A DNA stretch of 63,817 bases, the filler included, from Reticulomyxa filosa (lineage: Eukaryota; Protista; Foraminifera), in the NCBI GenBank assembly GCA_000512085.1. It is 20 parts of 20 records of this genome, joined end to end, with 100 filler letters (N's around TTAATTAATTAA, not from the genome) between each part and the next. Parts side by side here need not be neighbours in the genome. Positions count along the whole stretch, not along the records: positions 24,026 to 26,156 come from ASPP01018181.1; positions 26,257 to 27,329 come from ASPP01033265.1; positions 27,430 to 28,690 come from ASPP01001791.1; positions 28,791 to 30,935 come from ASPP01019241.1; positions 31,036 to 33,444 come from ASPP01001102.1; positions 33,545 to 34,544 come from ASPP01043854.1; positions 34,645 to 37,964 come from ASPP01047402.1; 13 more parts are not named here. One strand, given 5' to 3'. The notes beneath the pieces were generated by a model. The model was not told the origin of the DNA and did no database searches. It saw nothing but the letters and a program-made list of their open reading frames with translations. This document shows, piece after piece, positions 26,122 to 38,064 of this stretch. How positions within the stretch are numbered: the first letter of the stretch is position 1; every line of letters begins with the position of its first letter. The position numbers were made by a program, and so were the translations under genes.

Positions 26122-26156
<35 letters not shown>
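24259..26156 (+). CDS. Smoothened/Frizzled-like (class F) 7TM receptor without a cysteine-rich domain (3'-partial)
   Basis: Inferred join(24259..24682,24853..25085,25209..25675,25841..>26156). Signal peptide, then TCLPPLLRT...EKGCGLYC (SMO linker CEVPLVRT...EGCGIQC), VCNSD...P...IC, GMCF, 7 hydrophobic segments and RATDRWKRF after TM7. Confidence 0.8.
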
Positions 26157-26389
26157 NNNNNNNNNNNNNNNNNNNNNNNNNNNNNNNNNNNNNNNNNNNN
26201 TTAATTAATTAANNNNNNNNNNNNNNNNNNNNNNNNNNNNNNNNNNNNNNNNNNNNAAAAAAATTTTACTAGTTAAAAAAAATTTCTTTTTTTAGTAGTT
26301 GAAAGTATTTTCTTTGTATCTTTGTCTTTGTTTCTGTTTTCGCCGCAATCTTGTTGACGACGAAAATCGTTGTTAATCATCGAAGATTA

Positions 26390-27260
26390 ACTTCGAAATT
26401 CTTTCAGATACTGCTTGCAGTAACTAGATGTTCTGTGCTTGTCTTCCTTCAAAATACAACTTTTTTTCAAAAATTTATCTAGATAATGAAGGAATGAATT
26501 TTTTTTTCTCAATGCCTCAATAACTTCCTCTCTTGTGATATCGCTTTGATGTATATCAAATGAACAAATGCATTGAATTTCATGACAAGTTTTTTGTGTT
26601 CCCTTCACGTAAGGAATCAATACTTTTAATCATATATTGATGCTTTTCTAATTGTGTTCTTTGTTTACAAAAGCGATTTTTTGATTTCTGAACTCTCCAC
26701 CATGTTTTGTTTCCATATCGTCCTGATACATTGAATGTATCAGTGAATGATTGTGAAATGGAATGTAAATCTCTTCGAGAATACTCCAGTTCTACCTGTT
26801 TCATTCCAGTAATGGACATATAGATGCTGGTCCTCTTTCTTTGATCTGAACCCTTCTTGCATCTTATTTAATCGTTTAACTTCTTGTATTTGATATCCAT
26901 AATCTTCCAACGTCTCCTTGATTTCAATCTCGTTTTTGTGAGTGATAATCCTCGAAGCAGTGCGTATCTATTCACTTTTTGTTCAGCAGCGAGTGTGTCA
27001 CATCTTGACTGCCTTACAATTCTTTGTTTACCATCTTGATTTTCTTTTTGTTTAATTTGTCAATTCTTGGCATCATTGAAGTTACGAACTAGTTGAATTA
27101 GCTGCTCATTAATATCTTTTTTTTTTTTTAGTTGAGGAAGGAAAAAGCATTGTAACCAAAACCTCACTCACACGGAATACTCTTACTTACCAACCAATTT
27201 TTTTTTTTTTTAAGCTTTTGCACTGGGAGGGGTGAAGGTATCAGAATACTCCATGCTTCA
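26390..27260 (-). mobile_element. Heavily deleted non-LTR (LINE-like) retrotransposon remnant
   Basis: Fragments EIKETLEDYGYQIQEVKRLNKM (gag/ORF1-like), GNKTWW, IKSIDSLREGNTKNL and SDITREEVIEALR (pre-RT region of ORF2). Frameshifted, with no RT core. Confidence 0.5.
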
Positions 27261-27429
27261 TCCTCCACTCATCACTGTTTTTAGCCCTTTTCTCAACCCA
27301 AAGTGCAAACAAAAGCAAGTTGAAAAAGCNNNNNNNNNNNNNNNNNNNNNNNNNNNNNNNNNNNNNNNNNNNNTTAATTAATTAANNNNNNNNNNNNNNN
27401 NNNNNNNNNNNNNNNNNNNNNNNNNNNNN

Positions 27430-27790
27430 GAATGATTGAATTTGTTTGTTATTATCAACATCACATACATGAATTGTTTTATCATTTGATCCAGAACAAA
27501 TGAATTGACAATCATCAAATGCTAAATAATCAATACTATTCACCAGGTTAGTATGTGCAGTGAGTATTTTGATTAATTTGGATGATGAAAGAAATGTGTC
27601 AAACATGAAGACAGTAGATATCTATGTTAAATAAACATTTAAATATTTTGATTAGTATTTTTTTAAAAATAGAACAAATGAACTAACATATTTGATGACG
27701 ATTTTATCAAAATCTTTGATCCATCCTAATGTAATGTTTAATGTTCGAGTCCAATGACGAGTAATTATTTGGATCTCTTTTTTTGCCTGT
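27430..27790 (-). CDS. WD40-family gene, 5' exons (3'-partial; possibly a pseudogene)
   Basis: Exon KKEIQIITRHWTRTLNITLGWIKDFDKIVIKY, an intron, then MFDTFLSSSKLIKILTAHTNLVNSIDY...ICSGSNDKTIHVCD. Paralog of 11555-12935, with GH to AH and WD to CD changes. Confidence 0.75.
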
Positions 27791-28109
27791 TTCATTTACA
27801 GATTACAACGATAAGTAAAATAAAAAGTAAAAGCTTAAAGACCAGCTGGACTAAACTTTGATTGATAAGTTGAAGTTCATTCTTGTAACTTTTTTAGTTT
27901 TCCCTTTGATGATGCAAGATGAAAAAAATGGTTGAACTTTTGTTGGTAAAAGGAAAAACTGAACTAAGACTTACACAAGAAACATTTTGAAATAGAAGAC
28001 AAATGTCACATTTTGTAAAATATTTTTGCATCATAATAATCAGTAACAAAAATCCTATAATGCAAAAATCTTTGATGTTCATGATTATTCATTAATGTGA
28101 TAATTTCAG

Positions 28110-28295
28110 TTAAAATAATCAGGAAAGGTGTAATAAAAACTAAATTCAAAATTATATTTAAAGACTACACGATTCGTAGATATTTTTTTAAATAAAAAAA
28201 TTATATCTGAATGCTGTTTTTTCATGAAGAAATCAATCATCTCTATAAGGTACCGTTTTAGGTGTCAACTTTACTTTGCATTATACTGTACATTC
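28110..28295 (-). repeat. Dispersed non-coding repeat, copy 1
   Basis: The reverse complement aligns with 31815-31985 (ACAGTATAATGCAAAGTAAA(A)GTTGA...ATGATTGATTT(T)CTTCATGAAAAAACA). Confidence 0.85.
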
Positions 28296-28790
28296 ACTTT
28301 AAATATTCCAGAATTGTATAAACAGCATTCAATGTTAGGCAATGCTTATTAATCAAATTGACTTTGATATATGCTGTAGAAAAAAAAATTCTATGGAAAC
28401 GTATTTACGTACGTTTGTTAAGTTGAATTGTCTCATTATCCATTGGCTTTATACAATTATTTGCAGACAGCCTACTGACCTATTTATTCAAAAAAATTAA
28501 TAAAATAACAGATATTTGCTCAACTTTTTTTTGTAGCATATAAAACTTCACGTCTTGTCATGGATCAAACAATACCACCATTAATGCCAAGTCAATCAAT
28601 ACAATTAACAAACAGACCATCATCAATAGAGATTCATAATCGATTACTACAGTAGATTACAAAAAAAACTGCCATACCTAAATGGCACTANNNNNNNNNN
28701 NNNNNNNNNNNNNNNNNNNNNNNNNNNNNNNNNNTTAATTAATTAANNNNNNNNNNNNNNNNNNNNNNNNNNNNNNNNNNNNNNNNNNNN

Positions 28791-29023
28791 TAAAGAATAG
28801 TATTGTTAATTCAAATGTGATATGTTCTGGATCAGATGATAATACAATTCGTTTTTGGGATATTCGATCAAATAAGAATGAATTGTATGTGATCAAAGGA
28901 TATGGTAAAATAATTTGTCTTAAATTTATTGGATTAAAAAAGAAAGAGAATACAAAGAATGATATATATGATTTGAATTTATGTTATGGTTCATCGTACG
29001 GTCCCATTCATATTTGGGGATAA
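28791..29023 (+). CDS. WD40-family gene, 3' end (5'-partial)
   Basis: NSNVICSGSDDNTIRFWDIRSNKNELYVIK...NLCYGSSYGPIHIWG*, paralogous to the end of 11856-12935. Confidence 0.88.
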
Positions 29024-29229
29024 TTTACTTTTTTGTCAAATAAGAAACATAAGTATTTTTTTTTTAAGTTCGATTAAAGAAAATTAAGGTAATATCAAGC
29101 TTGTTTGATTTGATTGATGCAAGTAAAACCAATTAAATTAAAAGATAAGTTAAGTTTTTTAGAAAAAATCCAACATGATTGTAATTGAGTATCTGATGTT
29201 GGAAGATTTATTATTTTATGTGATAATGT

Positions 29230-29510
29230 GTTGGGTCAAGCAGTCTCGAATCTCTGCGTGATAGACTTTCATAAGGATTAACATAATTCCAACAATGAAA
29301 AAGCGTTTTTTTTGTTTTTGCCAACCGTTTATCCGTACACAATAATCGTAGCATTGTACCCCTCCGAAAATGGATTCACTAATGACCTGACAGTGGTGTC
29401 GTAAATATAGTTTTTTAGAAACTTTTTTGGTTAAATACAAAGTCAAATGTATAAGATTTGTCGTCGCCAATTTGGACTTGTGATTCCAGTCCATTGGGAT
29501 AAGAAAAAGT
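29230..29510 (-). pseudogene. Kinesin motor-domain pseudogene fragment (kinesin-4-like)
   Basis: ESQVQIGDDKSYTFDFVF, GYNATIIVYG*TVGK (decayed GYNATIxAYGQTGSGKT P-loop) and VYHAEIRDCL (YxEEIRDLL), with stops, frameshifts and deletions. Confidence 0.8.
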
Positions 29511-30597
29511 TACGCAAAAGGGGTCCTTGAAATATCTTAAACATATCAAATATAGACAAATTATTACTACTAGGTTTATACGACATACAATTAAAATTAA
29601 ATCAATTGTGTGTAATGTCAATCATAAATTTGGAATTATAGATTTCAAATTATTATTACATAAATGAAAATATTAAAATATTACAAACAATAGACAAACA
29701 ACAGTTAATGTATTAGTTCTATATGCGTTTATTTAATTGTTATAATAAAACAATAAATGGTTACATACTAAAGACAAAAATTAAATTCATCATTGTATTG
29801 ACGTGAATACACAAACTTAAAACAGCCTATTTAAAAAGATCAGAAATAACGAAATTGTCAAGGCTTCAATGAAGTGAAAAAGAATTTCTAATTATAAATA
29901 AATCTTTAATGTAACAACATCTGGAAGATATCAAAATGAGTTTAAAATTTGCAAACAAATGTTTAATGAGAAAAGAAAAATGTTGAGCTATTTTTTTTTT
30001 ATTGATCGATGAGAAACATTTACTTCATTTAATTCACGTAAAAAGAATCCAAGCTGTTAATACATTTTTTGCTATTGAAAAAATGACACTGCCCCAAACA
30101 CGAATAGGATCCTCCAATGAAAAACTTGTGTCCCTTAAAGCATTTTTTTTTTTAGGACATACAAGATTGAATCGTATTGAACCTTGCTTACAAGATAATC
30201 TCCTACAAAAACTTACTCACTTCTCGTTGCAGTATCAGTAATGAAAGCCGGTTTGAAAAATTGTTTCTCCGTTTTTTCGTTTGGTTAAAAAAAAAACAAA
30301 ACAAAACAAAATAAAAACTATAGTAATTGAAAAATCAATTATTTTGAAACGAACGTATTTTAGCACATTCGACGTACATATCGTTGGAATACAGAAAGAA
30401 ATATCAACTCAATTTATTCCGGTAACCATATTAACATTATTTTTTGTTTGTTTTTCCCTCCCCTCTCTTCCCTCCCTCCCCCCCAATTGTCTCAGTCATC
30501 TTTTTGAAAAATATAAATGTTGTTTATGTTTGACATAAGACCAAAGAGGAAATTTGTGTATGTGTGTGTGTATTTGCACACACGATGACGCAAAACA

Positions 30598-30808
30598 GGA
30601 GAGGTTTGTATATAATGAAAGTGGAGATCTCTCGGGAGGAATGCAACATAACACAGAATCAAATAAGAATGCCAAAGAAATAAAGGCGCTAATGACATTA
30701 TTCGGTGATGCAATTGATGAAGGTGAATTGAAGAAGCGTCTCGAAGAGAATAATGGCAATGTGGTCCTGGTGATTGAACAACTAACCTCGAAATTGATGC
30801 ACCGAGAG
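30598..30808 (+). CDS. Exon encoding a CUE/UBA-like helical motif (gene partial)
   Basis: EIKALMTLFGDAIDEGELKKRLEENNGNVVLVIEQL resembles the CUE consensus. Followed by a GTATAT donor. Confidence 0.5.
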
Positions 30809-31814
30809 GTATATACACACATATACATATGCATATATATGTATATGTACATATACATATTTTTTTAACATTCTTAATACAAACAAGCAACTACAGAGAC
30901 ATTGTATATGTTTTGTTTTTGTGAATTGCACATTGNNNNNNNNNNNNNNNNNNNNNNNNNNNNNNNNNNNNNNNNNNNNTTAATTAATTAANNNNNNNNN
31001 NNNNNNNNNNNNNNNNNNNNNNNNNNNNNNNNNNNTTTTTTTTTTCACGCATTAAAAATTTGCTTGTACAGGAACATATCCCAAATTCAAACAAAGTAGA
31101 AATTTATAAAACTTTGGATAAATAATCAAAGGGTGTGTCGGAGTTGTTTTGCAACAGAAGATCATTTATCAGACAAGATTACATTAATCGAGATGGAGAG
31201 AAACAAAAAAAGAACCTTTTTTGTTTAAACACAAAAAAAAAGGTAATGAGTATTGTACGTATAAATTAGCTTAGATTTCATTGTGAAGAACGAATTGACA
31301 AGAACGGAAATCGATTTGCACGTGTGTTGCAAGCGTGTAAGGTGAATTAATTTTATGGCAACCCCGGAAATGCCATATATGGATTGTATGGTCGATTTAT
31401 GCGTGTAGATGAAACTATTTATCATTGCATCTCTGATGCCAATGCCACCAAGAGCAGAAGTGTCGCAGTGATTGGGACGTTTGCGTGCATGCGCTGAAGT
31501 CAAATGTTTTATTTTTTTAAAAAAAAAGAAGCATATCTTACCCCATTATAGCAAATGCAAGTAGTTTACGACATAATCGACAAATGAAAATTATACCCGA
31601 TGCCTTATTGTTTGAGTTAATAAAGATATGTCATCACACTTAGATCTGCAATAGTGGAGAAAAATTATAATATTTTAAAATCAAAACGACAACAAAGTTG
31701 TTGAAAAATACCAAAAAAGTTTCATTTGTTGTGTAAAGTTGGGATTTAGTCTAACGAAGAATAAATTTTTAGAAAAATGATTTGATGATTCTGAAATACA
31801 TGTTAATCTAATTT

Positions 31815-31985
31815 ATATACAGTATAATGCAAAGTAAAGTTGAAATCTAAAACAATACATTATATAAATGATTGATTTTCTTCATGAAAAAACAACATTC
31901 ATACATAATTTTTTAAAAATATATACTAATCTTGTAGTTTTTAAATGCATTTAGTTTTTTATTGAATCTTTACTAATTATTTCAA
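31815..31985 (+). repeat. Dispersed non-coding repeat, copy 2
   Basis: Inverted homolog of 28110-28295 on a different contig. Confidence 0.85.
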
Positions 31986-32673
31986 TATTTTGTCCTTTAT
32001 TTTTTTTTAGCTCATTATATTTATATATTTTAGTTTTTTAATCATTTTTTTTAAAAAAGATTACTCACTGATCACTTTCTAAAAAAAGTTGTCAAATTTC
32101 ATTGTCACAGATGCTCAATTGCACTTTCATTTTAGAATAATCCAAAAGCCAGTTGAATATCCCCAGCAAATGAAATTTTTGTATGTTCCAACATTTATAC
32201 TAACACTTTTAAATAAGAATGCTTATAATACTTTGCCAAGCTAATTTCGTCCAACAACAGCGTGTGTTTGACTAGCAGGCAGCTGTTTCAATTCATTGAC
32301 GCTCGAATGACGTCTGTATTGCTGTGCTTTTGTAACAAAAAAGCGGCAAAGTGATGGTTGTATCTCTTTTGCAATAAATATCATCAACTTCACTTGTTAA
32401 TCTAGTCGCCCTTTTTTAAAAGAAAGTTCGTACTCTTAAGCCACTTCAAGCAACTTTATACTCATTTTGTCAAAGCAAATGTAATTAAATAAGTTTGTGT
32501 TTTATCGTTCCATATACAACGTCCGTCAAAACTTGTTCTAAGAGAAATAGTAAGCGAAATAAAATTAACCTAAACTGATTTTTTGGCAAGTACAACTCTA
32601 AAAGGTGTGTCCTTCCCAAGGGTGAGGATTGTTGGTTTTAGGAAGATCAACATTATAGTTAGACTGATATTAA

Positions 32674-33400
32674 ATGGCTCAAAGCAGGCCCACAAGGGAT
32701 TGGATAGGTTGCTTCATTCAATGGGCAATATTTTCTTATGTGTGTGTAGTCTGGGTGCAGATCTGCCGCGAGGCATTAGTGTACTACGGGTTCGCGAAAA
32801 AAGCAGCAGCAGCGACAGAAGAGATAAAAGACCAAGAAGCGGGTGCGAATAGTAGTAACACAGAAAGAAGGGACGAAATGGGGCAAAAGTGTTTGAACTA
32901 TTTCTCCCTGGTGCAGCTGATGTTAATATCATCAGCGTTTATATTTCTGAAAGAATTAGTGTCGTCAATTAACTGGATCTATTGGTTGTCGATCGAGCGC
33001 AGCGACCGCGGGGATGTCGCACAGATATTTTTGACCGATTTTTTTTTTACACTGTCATTGTTTTTCATGCAAGTGCTGTTCGTGGAGAGATTGCATTTGA
33101 CATTGAATGAAACAGCCTTTCAATATCCAACGTATGTGTACGCATTGGTTCGGTTTAATATTTTGTTGATTCTCGTGTCTGCACTTTGCGTGACGTATTA
33201 CGAGTCCTTTGGTCCCTTTATCTCGCTGTCGCCCTGGTTTGCTGTGTTGTGTACCTTCACTATTATCAACACGTCCAGTGTCACTTTCTTGTTTTATCGT
33301 GGTTTGTCGGCTCTCGTCTCCAGCGTCGCTGGCAACGCAAAAGCGGACTATTTTCTGCACGCTCTCATTCGACTCACTTTTGTTACCTTAGTTGCATTAG
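32674..33400 (+). CDS. Multi-pass (probably 7TM, GPCR-like) membrane protein (3'-partial)
   Basis: ATG-initiated ORF with at least 6 hydrophobic helices and a LFVERL motif after TM3. A probable donor at about 33401 precedes the poly-T run. Confidence 0.65.
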
Positions 33401-33405
33401 GTTTG

Positions 33406-33444
<39 letters not shown>

Positions 33445-33676
33445 NNNNNNNNNNNNNNNNNNNNNNNNNNNNNNNNNNNNNNNNNNNNTTAATTAATTAA
33501 NNNNNNNNNNNNNNNNNNNNNNNNNNNNNNNNNNNNNNNNNNNNAAAAAAAATGACACGCCAAAACACTTTAACACAATAGCAATATTCACTAATTTCAT
33601 TGTTTTTGGTATTGTTAACTTTGATAATTCAAAGAAACTTGAATTTGGGACCAAACGAGCACTTGCTACAAAAATT

Positions 33677-34544
33677 TCATTGACGACGGAAAATTAGTGT
33701 CCAATCCTCCCCAATCAATATTTTCGCTTCACTTATCACACGTTCGGGATTAAGTGGAATGGTGGTCCCATTGACGATATCCATACCAGTTCCATCTCCA
33801 AATGCTGAGGATCCCCCTCCTTGTGCGACCATATCTTCCATTAGTGCCCAGTTCATGTTGAACGAGTCAGGCAGTGCATCCACAAAGTCGGTAACTTTTC
33901 GGAAATCATAGGTTCCAATTTGTGGACCAAACTTAAGCATTAACAAATGATTTTGATCAAATTGGGCCGGAACTCCTGGTGGCATAGATGGACCAATTTC
34001 TCCTCCTGATGGCGCACCAGCCGCTCCTCCTATGTCAACACCGGATGAGATTACATCACCACCTCCTCCTCCAGCTTCGTCTTCTTGTTCAATCGCGGCT
34101 GGTTTGGCTTTTTTTGATGGACTACTACGCGCTTTCAGCCATTTCTTTTCTCCTTTGGTTAAGTTATTGGCATCAAATGGGTGTTCTTCGCGTTTGGCAT
34201 TTACTTCCTTTTCGAGCTTTCCAAACTTGGCTTTTTTCATAAACGCACCCCAATCCTTGTTGTTTACGGTAGGAAGAATATGTGGCAAGATGCCCATGCA
34301 ATCAGTCCACGCCTTTTGATCCAACTCTTCCAAGGCTTTCAGCAATTCTTTGACAAAGGCAGCAGAATTCTTGTATGGAAGGGGCGGCTGTTTGGACTTC
34401 TCTTCGAAGATAATCATTCCATAGTCATCCAACAGGCCAATGAGTTTACGCATTGAATTATATTTAATCATTGGATTTTTGGTTTTGCTCATTTGTGTAA
34501 TATAAAACTTGGCAAACATTTGTGGAAAACATAGCGATTCGATA
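33677..34544 (-). CDS. Hypothetical protein, C-terminal part
   Basis: ORF of at least 280 aa with coding-like composition: a helical region, a Gly/Pro linker and a globular C-terminus. No family recognised. Confidence 0.7.
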
Positions 34545-34649
34545 NNNNNNNNNNNNNNNNNNNNNNNNNNNNNNNNNNNNNNNNNNNNTTAATTAATTAA
34601 NNNNNNNNNNNNNNNNNNNNNNNNNNNNNNNNNNNNNNNNNNNNTTTCA

Positions 34650-37600
34650 TTTTCCGTTGTGGCGGCATTTGCTTTTTGTTCATTGTTGCTTTCATTAGAA
34701 GGTATATTCATCCCTTCTTTTTTATTTTCTTTTTGTTTATTTTTATTTTCATCTGGAAAAGTATAAATGTTGCTATATTAGTTCAGCTTGTCCCATCCTT
34801 TTGGTGCTGGTCTTGGTCATCCGCTTGAATTGAATGATATGGCCAACCTTTCACAATTGATAATACATTCCCTTCACGGAGGGATTATTACTACTACAGT
34901 ACAAATGTTTCATATTCTAATGGCTTCCACTATCTTTCAATATTATTGCTTTAATACAAACAACAAGAATATCTAATGTTAAAAATCAGAATGAATCACA
35001 TCCTTCATCTAATTTTTTTGCAGTTAAATTTTCTGCTTAATTAATATGATATTTCGACCAGCAGCCCAATACAATAAATTATTTTCAATTAATACTTCTT
35101 TTAATTGCTTCTGAATCATTTCCAATAAAAATGCTGCACCTTCTTCCAATAATGATTTATAATTCTCTTCATTAACGATTTTGATTACAATATTTTGATC
35201 AATCAATTTACCTTTGACATATTCAATTGCATATTCAATCCTTTTCATTGGATACATTTTCGTTGTTTTAATATCCATTTACACATTTCCATTGCATCTA
35301 AATACTCTTTGGTATTCTTATTCTTTTTATGTTTTATCATAAATTTCATGATATTTTCAAAAGGTGTTCTTAAGGTGAGAGTTAACAGTACCCTCTTTGA
35401 TATCAATATATGCATTTTGTTCAATGCAATAACGGGCAATATCCCAATGTTGATTTTGATTGCCAAATGTAATGGATTTTGTTGATGTTCATTACATGAA
35501 TCATTTATATCAATATCAGCTTTATAACAACAGTGTGGCATTGTGTATGTCTTTTCATTATTAGAAGTTTTTTCAATTTCATTACTCAGACAAGGATATG
35601 GAATATCATTGCATTATTATCATCAGTCATTTTAATTGATGAGTTGGAAATTTCCATTGAATGGCCTGTTTGTCAATATCTGATTAGCTAATCATCGAAA
35701 TTGATATTATTATTATCATTGCAGCTCAATTGAATGCGAGGAATAAATAGCATCAAGCCAAATGCCAATCATCCAATGTTCGTGTTATTTGCTGTTTTCC
35801 AAATATGATTATTTGAATTTTCTTCGTTCATCATCAATGTATTTTTATTTTTCACTTGGATATTTTCTTTCAATCCACCAATTGCTGCACGTTTCCACAT
35901 ATCTTCGGATATTTTTGATAATGCATCTCGAACATACTGTGTAAATCTCTTTCCAACAGATATATCATTAATAAATATAATTGTTTGCCATTCAATTTCG
36001 TTCAAGTAATCCCACCAATGATTTATCGTTTGTGTTCATTAAATGTTTGGAAACAAATATCAAACCGTTTAAAATCCTCTCCGATTGTCTTTCATTTCAT
36101 TTCGTTGAAATATCTTCAAGTGCTTTTTCATATGAATCAGAGTAATCATTTTCCTGTCCATCTGGCAAAGCGTTGAAAACTCCTTCTAGTTGTTTTTCAT
36201 TCAGTTTCTCTAAAATTACTCCAAGTGGTTCTGCACATGATTTATGAACATAACAATCTTCACTTTTCGTCCATCAATCGAAGTATTAATTGCATTTTCC
36301 AGTTATCTTTCATCCAATTTCTTTGAAACTACTTCAAGTGATTCTACACATGAAGACCATTCTTTTATCTCTACTAATCCATAAATGAAAGCACTGAAAA
36401 CTCTATCTAATTTGTTTATCATTTAATTTTGTTGAAATTGTTTCAAGTAATTTTCTACATAAGGCACACATACATTTATTTTCATTTTTTAATTCATTCA
36501 AACATTTGAAAACACCATTCAATTTTTTTGTTTAATTTCATTAAAAGAAATATAATATATTTTGCATATAAGCTACGGTTCCATTAACTATTACCTTTGA
36601 GTTGATTGATCAAGCATGTGAAAATGGAATCGATTTGTATCTCATTCAAGTAAATCTCTGGATGTATCACAACAATATCCATTTATAATTTGGAATCTAC
36701 CAATCAAACATTGAAAAGCAATATTCAATTGATTTTCATTCCATTTCTTTGAAAGTGTGAGTTTGCATATGTGTTTCTCATCCAATTTCACTGCAATTGT
36801 TCCAAGTAATTTGCACATCTTCATTATCATTTTTATCAAGTGAATATATCCATTAATGAGTTAAAAGCGTCATTTAATCGTTGTTGATTACATTTTTTTG
36901 AGATTTCTTTCATTAATTGAATGCACTTGATACGAATATTTTCATGTTCGATTTTATCATTTAACTTACCCAATGCAATGTTCATTTGTTTTTCATCCAA
37001 TCTCTGTGGAAGTTCTTTCAATGTATTTATCATATTTATCTTCTTCCAGGCAGCTTCACTGCTGCAATTGCCTTACGCACATCACGAAAATTACGATAAT
37101 AGTCATGCACATAATTGAATATATCTATCAAAGAATTGAAAGAATCAATCAATTACTTTTTATTCTATTTTTTGGAAATTTTTTCAATTAATTCTACGCA
37201 TTTCATAAAAACGTCATCGTTTTCTTTTTCATCGGATAAGCAATCAACCAAACATTGAAATACATCATCTAACTGTCCTTTTTTCAATACCATTATAATT
37301 AAATCGCATCTGTTTTACAAACCAACCTTTTATTTTATGAAAATATAAGGAAACCTGTTATTGAAACGTTGGGAATGCATTATCCAACTGTTTTCCTCTC
37401 AATTGTGATGAACTCGTTGCAAGTGTGTATGCGCATTCATCACAAATTGTAATTTTCCCACTCTCAAAGGCATTCATCAAACAAACACTTTAGTCAATTA
37501 TCTCTCATTCAAGAGCAATGCTATTTCTGCAATTAATAATGCACATATTTCATGAATATATTCATCAACAAGTCCATCCATGAACAATTCAATAACATCA

Positions 37601-37964
37601 TCCAATTGTTGTTCATTTAATTTCACTGATATCACATAAGTAACTTTGCACACATCTCTGTTTTTTTAAAAATTTTCATTGGTCAACAACAAACAAGTAA
37701 CCAAATAATAAACAGCAAGCCATTCCTGAAATGTCAAATAAGGGAAATATACTGAATCATTTGGTTGTAATAATCCATTTCCATTTCAAACATATTCAAT
37801 ATCTTGTCATCATTTAATGTGTTATTCAATCCATTTGATTTCATCCAATTCCATTTCATATAACTTTTCAACAAAGTTTCATACAACTTTGAAAGGATTT
37901 ATCTTGTTTTGACAAATAATAAAATAATTTCAAATACAATGGTAACCATTGACCATAAGTATTC
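34650..37964 (-). pseudogene. Decayed NACHT/STAND - HEAT-repeat - ankyrin gene
   Basis: PLYLKLF and SYMKWNW (HD1-like), VYFPYLTFQEWLAVYYL (winged-helix FxHLTFQE), many HEAT-like units (KLNEQQLDDVIELFMDGL, QRLDEKQMNIAL, QQRLNDAFNSLMDIF) and ankyrin-like QQNPLHLAIK. Numerous stops and frameshifts. Confidence 0.75.
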
Positions 37965-38064
37965 NNNNNNNNNNNNNNNNNNNNNNNNNNNNNNNNNNNN
38001 NNNNNNNNTTAATTAATTAANNNNNNNNNNNNNNNNNNNNNNNNNNNNNNNNNNNNNNNNNNNN

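Noticed and set aside
22235-26156. Sterol acyltransferase next to a Smoothened-like receptor, suggesting a sterol-signalling cluster
   Set aside because: The genes are on different contigs separated by the linker at 23926-24025, so the adjacency carries no information.
27430-29023. WD40 5' and 3' fragments as one gene or an inverted pair
   Set aside because: They are on opposite strands of separate contigs.
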